A DNA stretch of 64,000 nucleotides, taken from contig CAXXLQ010000004.1 in assembly GCA_963668695.2 (NCBI GenBank), positions 2,528,001 to 2,592,000 on the forward strand, read 5' to 3'. The stretch is from Vicinamibacteria bacterium. Lineage in GTDB: Bacteria; Acidobacteriota; Vicinamibacteria; Marinacidobacterales; Marinacidobacteraceae. The notes below the pieces were generated by a model. It did not search any database, was not told where the DNA came from, and saw nothing but the letters and a program-made list of their open reading frames with translations. Position 1 is the stretch's first letter; each line of letters begins with the position of its first letter. A program made the position numbers and the translations under genes. Below, piece after piece: positions 10,486-19,720 of the stretch.

Positions 10486-11789
10486 GCTCCGACTTTCAGG
10501 GGCTCGGACTTCTCGATCCGGAAGAACGCCGCGAAGCTTCGCCGCCCCCGGCAGGGAAGGGCGCCCGGCGTCCGTCCGGTGCGCCGCCCTTCCGCCGCCG
10601 CTCGCGCCAGGGGCCGCCGGGGACCGGCGGGCGCGGGTCGGGCTCGCGCCGTTCCGATGCCCGCCCGCTGCTCACCGGCCTGAGCCTTGGCGGGACGCTC
10701 GACGATCTGAGTGGCGTCTCCGTTCGCCGGCGCGCCGCCGTCACCGGGACCTCGGCCGGGTTCCACCTGTTGTTGTTGCTGCTGTTTTTGGGTGGACTCG
10801 TTCCCACCGCCCCTTCGGAGCCGGCCGCCGCGCCGACCGAGGATCCGCTCCTTTACGCCTTCGAGGCGCCGCCGCTCGAGGAGACGCAGCCGCTCGATGC
10901 CGTCATCGAGCCTCCGCCCCCCGCTCTTCTTCCCGAGGAGACGGCTCCGGAGGCTGCCGAAGCGCAGCCGCCGCCGCCAGCCGCCGGCATCGTGATCCCG
11001 GAGGCGCAGATCGCCGCCCCCAACACCGGTTTCCAGAACGATCTGCCCTTTTCCGAGGGCGAGGACGAGGAGTTCTACGTCGATCACGAGATGGGAGAAG
11101 AACTGGCCGCCGAGGATGACCGCAGCGAGGCGACGGACGGCGCGGAGCCGGAATTCGTATCCGAGATTCCGGCTATCGAGGATTCGGCCGAGGCGCTGGC
11201 CGAGCCGGCGCTCCAATCTCCCGGGTTCGGGCTGTCGGAGGGGCCGCTCCAGTTCGACGCCGAGGCATTCCGTCGTCTGATCAACGACCCGGCTGCCGAG
11301 GTGCGGCGGCTCGGTAACGAACTGGCGATGCGGGAGGCGCGCGCCCGGGCCGAGGAGGAACGCCGCAAGCAGGGGGCGCCCACCGACATCTGGCGGTTTC
11401 TCGAGGGCAAGCGCTTCCGGAACCCGGAAGGCGGGCTGGTCTCGAACCGCAACAACACCCTCTACTACGACGACCGGGGCGCCAACCTGGTGCCGTGGAT
11501 CGGCCGCCTCATCGCCGAGGTCCGCCGGAACTGGTACATCCCCTACGCCGCCTCCTACGATCGCGGCCACGTGGCGATTGCGATCAGCGTGCAGCGGAGC
11601 GGGCAGCTCGCCTGGTTGCAGGTAGTGGTCCCGTCGGGGGTGCCCGGCTTCGATAACGCCGCGGTCGGGGCGCTCCGCGGCGCCGAGTTGTTGCCGCTTC
11701 CGGATGACTACCCCGGGGCCGACTTCGAGATCATGCTGGTCTTTTGGTACAACGAACAGCCCTTCGATCTCTTCTCGACGCAGGATTGA
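10482..11789 (+). CDS. TonB/TolA C-terminal domain protein
   Basis: Single TM helix, Pro/Glu-rich linker, C-terminal VRRNWYIP...[14 protein letters not shown]...PLPDDYP. Confidence 0.8.
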   Translation: MSSDFQGLGLLDPEERREASPPPAGKGARRPSGAPPFRRRSRQGPPGTGGRGSGSRRSDARPLLTGLSLGGTLDDLSGVSVRRRAAVTGTSAGFHLLLLLLFLGGLVPTAPSEPAAAPTEDPLLYAFEAPPLEETQPLDAVIEPPPPALLPEETAPEAAEAQPPPPAAGIVIPEAQIAAPNTGFQNDLPFSEGEDEEFYVDHEMGEELAAEDDRSEATDGAEPEFVSEIPAIEDSAEALAEPALQSPGFGLSEGPLQFDAEAFRRLINDPAAEVRRLGNELAMREARARAEEERRKQGAPTDIWRFLEGKRFRNPEGGLVSNRNNTLYYDDRGANLVPWIGRLIAEVRRNWYIPYAASYDRGHVAIAISVQRSGQLAWLQVVVPSGVPGFDNAAVGALRGAELLPLPDDYPGADFEIMLVFWYNEQPFDLFSTQD

Positions 11790-11840
11790 GGCGGTGGGAT
11801 TGCCCCTCGTCCGGATGGCGCCGCCGGGAAGGGAACGCCG

Positions 11841-11888
11841 GCCAGTTTTCCCGGTGGGGCGTTCACGCCCCCACCGGGAGAACTGGCC
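11841..11888. terminator. Hairpin formed by two inverted copies of the 18-nt motif
   Basis: GCCAGTTTTCCCGGTGGGGCG-TTCA-CGCCCCCACCGGGAGAACTGGC; no clear U-tract. Confidence 0.45.
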
Positions 11889-11963
11889 AGCACCGCCCCG
11901 CGCGGCGAGGCGAGGTCGCGCAATGCTCCTCCGCAATGAGGACGCGCCGCCGGGGGCAACCAC

Positions 11964-14153
11964 ATGAGTAACACTGGCTCCCCCCGGCGCGGCGCCCGGG
12001 CGGCCTTGCTCACCGCCCTGTGCTTCGCGATCTCCCCTTCCGGCACTGCCGCCCAGCCCATCCCGGCCCCGCAGATCCGGATCGGTCTCGCCGACGGGGT
12101 CTCCGCGGCCCGGATCTCCGCGCCCGCTCCCTTCGTGCTGCGCGCCGGGGAACTCGTGATCGAGACCGCCGACGCGCTCATTTCGGCCGAGACGGGGGCA
12201 GGGGAAGCCGTCCTGGCACTGGGTTCCTTTGCCGGCGAGGCCGGGGCCCGGGAGGCGGCCGAAGCCTTTCGCGAGGAACGAAGCGACGGTCCCGAGGTGC
12301 GGGTGGAGCGCGACCCGGACACCGGGCGCTATCTCGCGGTCCTCCCGGCGGGCCCGGCTGCCGAAGCGGAGGTGGCCGGCCTCCGGGACGCCGGGTTCCC
12401 GGGCGCCGGCATCTTCCGCATTCCGGCCCCGGTCGGGGAGGCGCTCGTGGTCCGGCCGTTCGGCGGTGCACCGATCCGATTCTCCGCCGGCGTTTCGTTG
12501 ACCGCCGAGCCGCCCGGGGACGCGTTCCTCGAGTGGGAGGGGCGGCCCTACCGCGGTTCGTTCACGGTGTTCCGCAGCGGGGGGGGCGTGACCGTCGTCA
12601 ATGAGACGACGCTCGAGGAATACCTGTTCGGCGTCGTGCCGCGCGAGTTGCCGCCCGATCTCTTCCCGGAGATCGAGGCCCTGAAGGCGCAGGCCCTCGC
12701 GGCCCGCACCTATGCCCTCACGCCGAGGGACGCCTACATCCGGCGCGGCTACGACCTCTGCGGCAGTCCCGCCTGTCAGGTCTATGGGGGCGTGGCAGCG
12801 GAACGTCCGCTCTCCACGGCCGCGGTCCGGGAAACCGCGGGCGAGGCGCTCTTCCACGACGGCCGCCTGATTGACGCCCTCTACACGGCGGCTTGCGGGG
12901 GATACACCGAAAACGCCGAGAACGTGTTCTCCAACCCGACTCCGTATCTGGTGGCCCGGGCCTGCATCCGGGAGGCCGGCGGGGTCGGGCTGCGGGGGGC
13001 ATCCGCGGACGCCCCGCTCGACGCCGCGCTCGTCCGGATCGCCGGGGCGCTGCCGGCGGGCTGGAACGGGGCGGGCCTTTCCGCGCCCGCATCCCGCGGG
13101 GAGGCCGCGCGCATCCTGACGGGGGTCGTCCGCTGGCTGGGACTCCCGGCGTGCGACCCGGGGGGGAGAGCCGGGGGCGAACTGACTCTGAGCGAGTTCG
13201 GCCGGTTGGCGGAGGCCACCCGCTGCCGGGAGCCGGAGGGCTCGCTCCTGGGTCCGGGCCCGGACGGCGGTGAGTTGTCTCGGGAGGGAGGCCCGGCGAT
13301 CGGGCGCCTGCTCGCCGAGGGGCTTTTCGATCCCAGCGAGCGGGGACTCGATCCGGGACGGCCGGTGAGCCGCCGGGAAGTGGTCGGAGTCGGGGCCTCC
13401 CTGATGCGGCGCGATGGTCAGCTCCTGCGGCGCGGACAGATCCGGGAAGTCTCCGCGCGAGACGGCGGGGTTCACATCACCCTCGAAGCGGACAACGACG
13501 AGCCCGCAACCGGCGAGAAGGTCCTGGAGGCGCTCGAACCTGCCGGGGAGGCGCTCCTCTTCCGCGAAGTCCGGCCCACCCGCATCCCCGGCCGTGAAGA
13601 GCCGCCGGCGCTCGCGCTTCCCACCGGCGAAGTCCTTCTCCGGGTGGGGGACTTCATCCGCTACCACGCTGCGACCCGGCCGGCAGCGGGCGAAGAACCG
13701 CTCCGGTTCGAGCTGCTGGTTCTGGAAGACCTGGGCGACGCCCACGACCGCTTCTCGCGGCAGAGTTCGTGGCTGGTGCCGAAGAACAACGCCGATCTCT
13801 CGGACGTGGTGAACGAAGTGGAGCCCATCGGCCGGATCGTCGCCCTCGAACCGCTGGAGTTGGGGGTCTCCGGGCGGGTAGTCCGGCTTCGCATCACCGG
13901 CACTCAGGGGAGCTTCGAAGTGCGCGGCCTCCGCATCCGGCGTCTCCTGGGCCTCTCGGAGAATCTGTTCCGGGCCGAGGCCCGGCGCGACGAGAACGGC
14001 GACGTGACGGAATGGTGGTTCTTCGGCAGAGGCTGGGGGCACGGCCTCGGGCTCTGCCAGGCCGGGGCCTACGGGATGGCCGCTTCGGGCGCCGGCTACC
14101 GCGACATCCTGGCCCATTACTACCTGGGCACGGAGATTCGGTCCGTCCCGTGA
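11964..14153 (+). CDS. SpoIID/LytB domain peptidoglycan lytic enzyme
   Basis: LEEYLFGVVPRE, EALKAQALAARTYA, CQVYGG, GRGWGHGLGLCQAGAYGMA, ILAHYY. Confidence 0.92.
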   Translation: MSNTGSPRRGARAALLTALCFAISPSGTAAQPIPAPQIRIGLADGVSAARISAPAPFVLRAGELVIETADALISAETGAGEAVLALGSFAGEAGAREAAEAFREERSDGPEVRVERDPDTGRYLAVLPAGPAAEAEVAGLRDAGFPGAGIFRIPAPVGEALVVRPFGGAPIRFSAGVSLTAEPPGDAFLEWEGRPYRGSFTVFRSGGGVTVVNETTLEEYLFGVVPRELPPDLFPEIEALKAQALAARTYALTPRDAYIRRGYDLCGSPACQVYGGVAAERPLSTAAVRETAGEALFHDGRLIDALYTAACGGYTENAENVFSNPTPYLVARACIREAGGVGLRGASADAPLDAALVRIAGALPAGWNGAGLSAPASRGEAARILTGVVRWLGLPACDPGGRAGGELTLSEFGRLAEATRCREPEGSLLGPGPDGGELSREGGPAIGRLLAEGLFDPSERGLDPGRPVSRREVVGVGASLMRRDGQLLRRGQIREVSARDGGVHITLEADNDEPATGEKVLEALEPAGEALLFREVRPTRIPGREEPPALALPTGEVLLRVGDFIRYHAATRPAAGEEPLRFELLVLEDLGDAHDRFSRQSSWLVPKNNADLSDVVNEVEPIGRIVALEPLELGVSGRVVRLRITGTQGSFEVRGLRIRRLLGLSENLFRAEARRDENGDVTEWWFFGRGWGHGLGLCQAGAYGMAASGAGYRDILAHYYLGTEIRSVP

Positions 14154-14263
14154 GCTGGCGATCGGCGTTCCGCTTCACACCGGGACAGCAGCGCGCCGGA
14201 GCGCTGCTGGTCCTCGTGCTGCTGGTGATCGCTCTGATCCGCCGCTCAGCAGCCTGTGGATAA
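14150..14263 (+). CDS. Small membrane peptide; possibly the detached 5' end of miaA
   Basis: GTG overlaps the upstream stop; hydrophobic LLVLVLLVIALI; stop supplied by the MITE. Confidence 0.45.
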   Translation: MSWRSAFRFTPGQQRAGALLVLVLLVIALIRRSAACG

Positions 14264-14483
14264 AGTGGCGTGAGCGCCGAGAGCGGTGAGGCGCCCGGCT
14301 GACAAGGCGCGCGAGGGAGGAATACCCGGTGTATTTCGACCGAGGCGCCCGAAGCGCCCGAAGCGCAACGATGAGCGACGCGAAGCGCCGGTTCTCCCGG
14401 TGGGGGGGCGGTTCAGCCGGGATGCATCGCCGCTCGAGCCCCCACCGGGAGAACTGGGCCGCGAGACTTTGTTCACAGGCTGC
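14249..14483. mobile_element. MITE family A copy (reverse orientation)
   Basis: TIR GCAGCCTGTGGATAAAGT / ACTTTGTTCACAGGCTGC, TCA on both flanks. Confidence 0.85.
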
Positions 14484-15452
14484 TCAGATAGCTCGTCACC
14501 GAACGCGCCGCTCGTCCTGGCGCTCGTGGGACCGACCGCCAGCGGGAAGTCGGAACTCGCGGTAGCGGTGGCCGAGGCGCTCCCGTTTCCCGTCGAGATC
14601 GTCTCCTGCGACGCCTTCCAGACCTACCGGGAACTGGATATCGGCTCCGGGAAACCCTCGCCGGAGCTGCGCGCGCGCCTGCCGCACCACCTCCTCGACG
14701 CGCTCGACCCCGATGATCCGTGCACCGCCGGACGCCACGCGGACCTGGCGGCGTCGACGATCCGGAACATCCGGGGCCGCGGGGCGGTCCCGCTGGTCGT
14801 GGGCGGGAGCGGCCTCTACTTCCGGGCGCTGCGCGACGGGATCTTCGAGGGGCCCGTGCCGGACCCCCGGCTGCGGGCGCGGCTCGATGCCCTCTACCGG
14901 CGGCCGGGAGGCCCCCGCTGGCTGGAGCGGTTTCTTTCGCGGCTCGACCCCGAGGCCCACCGGCGCATTCATCCCAACGACCGCGTCCGTCGGGTCCGGG
15001 CCCTCGAAGTAGCGATCGCCGCGGGAGAACCGATCTCCCGGCTGCAGGCGACCCGCCGCCCTCCGCTTCCGGACGCGGATTGGCGGATCGCCGGCCTCGA
15101 CCCGCCCCGCGGCGTCCTCGAAGAGCGGATCGTCCAGCGGGTTCAGGGAATGTTCGCCGACGGGCTGCTGGACGAGGTCCGCCGCCTTCGCGACCGGTAC
15201 CCGGGTGAGTGGCCGGGGCGGCTTGCGATCGGGTACCGCGAGGTGCTTGCCTTCCTTGCCGAGGGCGGGGGACCGGACGATTCCGAGGCGCGGCTCGCCC
15301 AGGTCCAGGACCGGGTGGTGGTCTCCACCCGGCGCTACGCGAAGCGGCAGCTCACGTGGTTCCGCGCCGAACGAGGCGTAACCTGGGTTCCCGTTGCGGC
15401 GGACGGCTCCGCCGCGCGCGACGCGGTCTTGCGCGTCTTCCTTCCCGGTTGA
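14469..15452 (+). CDS. miaA: tRNA dimethylallyltransferase (start uncertain)
   Basis: GPTASGKS, EIVSCDAFQTYRELDIGSGKP, VGGSGLYFRAL, TRRYAKRQLTWFR. Confidence 0.93.
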   Translation: MFTGCSDSSSPNAPLVLALVGPTASGKSELAVAVAEALPFPVEIVSCDAFQTYRELDIGSGKPSPELRARLPHHLLDALDPDDPCTAGRHADLAASTIRNIRGRGAVPLVVGGSGLYFRALRDGIFEGPVPDPRLRARLDALYRRPGGPRWLERFLSRLDPEAHRRIHPNDRVRRVRALEVAIAAGEPISRLQATRRPPLPDADWRIAGLDPPRGVLEERIVQRVQGMFADGLLDEVRRLRDRYPGEWPGRLAIGYREVLAFLAEGGGPDDSEARLAQVQDRVVVSTRRYAKRQLTWFRAERGVTWVPVAADGSAARDAVLRVFLPG

Positions 15453-15510
15453 CTTCCTCGTTTTGGGCGCGCGGGATGGCACCGACACGCCCCCCGGAAG
15501 ACGTCACCCG

Positions 15511-15589
15511 GGAGCCGGTGGACAAAGTCAGGCGCCCCGGTTCTCCCGGTGGGGGCTTCGGCGTTCACGCCACCTTTTCCACGGGCTCC
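15511..15589. mobile_element. Internally deleted 79-bp MITE family A copy
   Basis: GGAGCCGGTGGACAAAG ... CTTTTCCACGGGCTCC inverted ends around one 18-nt motif. Confidence 0.65.
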
Positions 15590-15606
15590 TAGAATCCCCC
15601 CGTTCC

Positions 15607-16212
15607 TTGCGCGTCCTTCGAACCCTCCTCGCTGCGGTCCCTCTCCTGGGCGCGGCTTCTCCCGGCCGTCAGGCGCCGGCCCCGCCTCCCGACCCGGTGG
15701 AGAGCGGCGCGTGGCTCAAGATCTTCGGGATCATCTCGGGCGCCCCGGACCCCGTGGTGCTGTCGGAGGCCGAAGTCAACGCGCTGCTCGGTTCGGCGCA
15801 GCTTGCGGCGATCTTCGCGGAGCGGGCCGGTCTCACCGAGGTCCAGGCGCGGCTCCTTCCCGACGAGGTGCATCTCAGGGGGCGCATGGAGGTTTCGAGG
15901 CTCGCGGCGGCGCTCGGTCCGCTCGCCCCGCCACCCGGAAGTCCGCCCCAGCCCATCGAACTCGTACTGCGGTTGCGGGATGCCGGGGGTTCGGCGGAAG
16001 CCACCGTTCTTCGGGGAACCGTCTCCGGGATGGAGCTGCCGCCCCTGGTCATCGCCGGCGCCGTGTCGGAAGTGTTTTCCGGGGCCTTGACGGCCCAGTT
16101 TCCGGACGGGAGCCGACCCAGTCTGGACGGGACTCCCTTTCCGCTGCCGCAAAGAATTGACCGGTTCGAAGTGAGATCCGGAGAAATCCTGCTCCAACCC
16201 GCCACTCCCTGA
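15607..16212 (+). CDS. Hypothetical exported protein
   Basis: Signal-like N-terminus, LSEAEVNALL motif, overlaps into the recG operon; start uncertain. Confidence 0.6.
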   Translation: MRVLRTLLAAVPLLGAASPGRQAPAPPPDPVESGAWLKIFGIISGAPDPVVLSEAEVNALLGSAQLAAIFAERAGLTEVQARLLPDEVHLRGRMEVSRLAAALGPLAPPPGSPPQPIELVLRLRDAGGSAEATVLRGTVSGMELPPLVIAGAVSEVFSGALTAQFPDGSRPSLDGTPFPLPQRIDRFEVRSGEILLQPATP

Positions 16213-16238
16213 TCACAGTTCCCCAAGAAAAGACGGCC

Positions 16239-18464
16239 TTGCCCGGAATCACCCCGGATACCGAGGTCCGTTTCCTTCCGGGGGTCGGGCCCCGGCGCGC
16301 CGCCGCGCTCGCCGAAATAGGAGTGTTGCGGGCTTCGGACTTCCTGCTGCGGCTGCCTTTCCGCTACGAGGATCGGAGCGAGCACCGCCAGACCGCCGAG
16401 CTCGTCGACGGCGAAGCCGCGGCAGCGGAAGTGGTCGTCGCTTCGCTCAGCGTCCGCCCTACGCGGCGGCGGAACCTGAAGATCGTCGAGTTGCGCGGCC
16501 ACGACGCGAGCGGCCCGGTCAAGGCGACCTGGTTCAACCAGGTGCACCTCAAGCAGATCCTGAGACCGGGGCAGCGGGTGCTCCTGTTCGGGAAAGTCCG
16601 CCGTCCGGTCGCCGGAGGGGTCCCTGAATTCGCAAATCCGAGGTACGAACTCGTCACCCCGGACCGTGACCCCGATCCCGCGGGCCCCGGGACGGCAGGC
16701 CCCGGGATTGGCGACCCGGCGCCTTGGGATTCCGGCGTTCCCGCGGCGTCTTCCGAGAGCGTTTCCCCGGATTCGTCTTCCCCGTCCGGCGCGCACGCCG
16801 GCCGCATCGTGCCGATCTACGAGCGGGTCGGGTCGCTCACCCCGCGACTCCTCCGCACCATCCTGCATCGGCTGCTGGACGGCGGCGACGCGGTAGGGCC
16901 CGGCTATCTCCCCGAGGAACTGGTGGCGCGGATGGGGCTGCCGCCCCGGCGGAAGGCGCTCGAAGAAGTGCATTTCCCCCCGGACGGCGCCTCGCTCGCG
17001 GAACTCGACCGGAAACGATCTCCCGGCCACCAGCGGCTCATCCTGGAAGAGTTCTTCGTCTTTGCCCTCGGGCTCCAGTTGCGCCGCCGCCAGGACCGGG
17101 TCGGGCGGGCCGGCGGACACACCTTCACCGTGGACGACACGCTCCGCGACCTGGTGCGGCAGGTGCTGCCGTTCCGCCTCACCGGCTCCCAGCGTGCCGC
17201 GCTCGCCACGATCGCGGAGGAGTTCCGCTCCCCGCTCGCCATGCGGCGGCTCCTCCAGGGCGACGTGGGTTCCGGCAAGACGATCGTGGCAGTCATCGCG
17301 GCCCTCATCGTCATCCATCACGGGGCGCAGGCGGCGCTCATGGCTCCCACCGAGGTCCTCGCCGAGCAACATTTCGCAACCATCCGCAGACTGCTCGAGC
17401 CGCATCGCATCCGCGTCGTGCTGCTCACCGCGGGGCTCGGCGCCGGGGAGCACCGCGACACCCTGCGGGCGGTGGCGAGCGGCTGGGCCCAGTTCGTCGT
17501 CGGCACCCATTCGCTCATCCAGGAAGGCGCCCGGTTCCGGGACCTCGGATTCGCGATCGTGGACGAGCAGCACCGCTTCGGGGTCGCCCAGCGGCGCACG
17601 CTGGTGGAACGGGGCGGGGGCGCCGACCTGCTGGTGATGACGGCGACCCCGATTCCCCGCACCCTCACCATGGCCCTGCATGGGGACCTCGATCTGTCCG
17701 AACTCCGCGAGTTGCCTCCGGGGCGGCAGCCGGTGACCACCCTGGTCCGGGATCCGGGAGGGCTTCCCGAGGTGTACGCGCGGGTCCGCGAGGAAGTGGG
17801 GAAGGGCCGGCAGGGTTTCTATGTCTGTCCGTTGATCGAGGAATCGGAGGAGCTGCCGGGCGCCGGGGTCGAGGCCCGTTTCCGGGAGCTCTCCGAGGGG
17901 CCGTTCCGGGGGCTGCGGGTGGATTTCGTGCACGGCCGGGTTCCGGCGTCACGCCGGGAGCAGGTGATGAACGCCTTCGCCGGCGGGGAACTCGACGTGC
18001 TGGTCGCGACGACGGTGATCGAGGTAGGGGTGGATGTTCAAAACGCCACGGTGATGGTGGTGGAACACGCCGAGCGCTTCGGCCTCGCGCAGTTGCACCA
18101 GCTCCGCGGGCGGGTCGGGAGAGGCACCGATCCCGCCACCGCGATCCTGGTGGTGGGAGGAAAGCCGACCGAACTGGCGCTCCGCCGCCTGAAGGTGCTC
18201 GAGGAAACCACCGACGGATTCCGGATCGCCGAGGAGGATCTCGCGATCCGGGGCCCCGGAGACTTCCTCGGTACCCGGCAATCGGGGATCCCGCCGTTCC
18301 GGGTGGCCGACATCATCCGGGATGCCGACTTCTTGCGCCTCGCCCGCAAGGAAGCGAGTGATTTCCTGGCTTCTCCCGGGCTCGAAACGGCCGAGGGACG
18401 GCGAATCCTCGAACACGTCCGGGAGACCTGGGGCGAGCGCTTCGGTCTGACGGCCGGCGGGTGA
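16239..18464 (+). CDS. recG: ATP-dependent DNA helicase RecG
   Basis: RLLQGDVGSGKT, DEQHRFG, MTATPIPRTL, QLHQLRGRVGRG, DGFRIAEEDLAIRGPGDFLGTRQSG. Confidence 0.97.
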   Translation: MPGITPDTEVRFLPGVGPRRAAALAEIGVLRASDFLLRLPFRYEDRSEHRQTAELVDGEAAAAEVVVASLSVRPTRRRNLKIVELRGHDASGPVKATWFNQVHLKQILRPGQRVLLFGKVRRPVAGGVPEFANPRYELVTPDRDPDPAGPGTAGPGIGDPAPWDSGVPAASSESVSPDSSSPSGAHAGRIVPIYERVGSLTPRLLRTILHRLLDGGDAVGPGYLPEELVARMGLPPRRKALEEVHFPPDGASLAELDRKRSPGHQRLILEEFFVFALGLQLRRRQDRVGRAGGHTFTVDDTLRDLVRQVLPFRLTGSQRAALATIAEEFRSPLAMRRLLQGDVGSGKTIVAVIAALIVIHHGAQAALMAPTEVLAEQHFATIRRLLEPHRIRVVLLTAGLGAGEHRDTLRAVASGWAQFVVGTHSLIQEGARFRDLGFAIVDEQHRFGVAQRRTLVERGGGADLLVMTATPIPRTLTMALHGDLDLSELRELPPGRQPVTTLVRDPGGLPEVYARVREEVGKGRQGFYVCPLIEESEELPGAGVEARFRELSEGPFRGLRVDFVHGRVPASRREQVMNAFAGGELDVLVATTVIEVGVDVQNATVMVVEHAERFGLAQLHQLRGRVGRGTDPATAILVVGGKPTELALRRLKVLEETTDGFRIAEEDLAIRGPGDFLGTRQSGIPPFRVADIIRDADFLRLARKEASDFLASPGLETAEGRRILEHVRETWGERFGLTAGG

Positions 18465-18532
18465 GGGGGGACGGGCGGGGCCGACGGCGCACTACGCCAA
18501 AGCCACGCCACCGCTGTGGTAGGCTGGCGGAA

Positions 18533-18640
18533 GGCGCGCGTGACACGGTGCGATTCCGTCAGCCGTAGCACGTCCCAACCGGGACGGAGCGCCATGTGGG
18601 GTTGCCGGCTTCGGTCGGAGGACGGGCCCCACCGCGTGCC
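18533..18640 (-). ncRNA. Candidate structured RNA downstream of the PBECR-like nuclease gene
   Basis: Four stems closable by eye plus complementary loops CCGTC/GACGG; no family assigned. Confidence 0.45.
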
Positions 18641-18649
18641 ACCCGGTAC

Positions 18650-19477
18650 TTACCGCGCGTCGCGGACCAAAACGCCGCGCTTCTGTTCGCTCCGCAGGTT
18701 ACGTGTGTGTGACTTGTGGAAGGTGACGAGATAGATCTCGTCCTCTTCGGTTCGTTTCACGACTGCCCTAACAGCCTGTGGTGAAACCCACGCGGCGTTC
18801 GAGCGGCGATCCATCCCGCCTGAACCGCGCCGCTTTGCGGCGCTCTGCGTTGCGTTTCGGTCGAAATACACCCGGTATTCCTCCCTCACGCGCCTTGGCA
18901 GCCGGGCGCCTCACCGCTCTCGGCGCTCACCCGGGTTCCACCACAGGCTGTTATACCAACGACCGTGGAACTTGCCGAAGAAAGAAAGACTCCGACGGCC
19001 AGGGTGCCGGATCGCCGTACCGTGTTCGACCAAGGTCGGTAGCCGGCCGTAGTCCGTCACACTGAGGTCCGGGTGCTTGACGAGTTGCTTGAACGCCGTG
19101 TCCGGGGAGAGGCGGACGACCCGCGACCACGCTTCTGTTGGCTCGGTGGCGGATCCCAGGGCTTCATGTGCCCCCTTGGGAAGAAGGGCGACAGGTAGTT
19201 CGGCGAGGCCCGGTTCCATCTCCGGCCTCATCTCGCTCGCCTCGGGATGTTTCTGCCGCACAGCCCTGATCTGGGCATCGAAGCATCGGAACACGGGTCC
19301 GCAGCAGACCGACCGGACGGCGGTGCGCGCCAACGCGTCGTCGGGCTCTCCGTCCAGTTTCGTGATGAATCGGTTCATCGCTGCGGGCGATGGATCGGTA
19401 ACCAGGGATGCCAGCGCGGACTCATATTCGTCCGCGGCGCCAGCCTCCGTCGCGGGTAAATCCTCGCCGGGTTTCAC
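18650..19477 (-). pseudogene. PBECR2-like (barnase/RelE-fold) nuclease-domain gene interrupted by a MITE
   Basis: VRLSPDTAFKQLVKHPDLSVTDY...GRWY|RAVVKRTEEDEIYLVTFH resembles MuF-associated PBECR domains; excising the MITE restores a 214-aa ORF. Confidence 0.65.
18771..18951. mobile_element. MITE family A copy, 181 bp, without the 18-nt motif
   Basis: TIRs plus TA duplication; lies inside a gene. Confidence 0.92.
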
Positions 19478-19720
19478 GGCGGCGCCTGGTTGGACATGGG
19501 CGCGGGAGACCTCGCCGGGGCGAGGATCTGTCAGCCCGTCAGGGGTTACGGCTGTCGGCGGCAGGCATGGACGGCGAAGAGGGAGAGGCGCAGCGCAACC
19601 TCCCGTGCTCGCCGGGCCTCACTTGGCGACCGCTCCCGCTGGATTCCCCTGCGCCACGGAGAACATTGGCTCTGGTGGGGCGAGGCCACAAAGCCCCGGT
19701 GGAACGGAGGGCGACATGAA

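Noticed and set aside
9249-14117. 1622-aa minus-strand ORF and other long antisense ORFs (e.g. 15669-17933, 29404-31182, 60179-62161)
   Set aside because: Shadow frames of well-supported opposite-strand genes in high-GC DNA; no recognisable motifs
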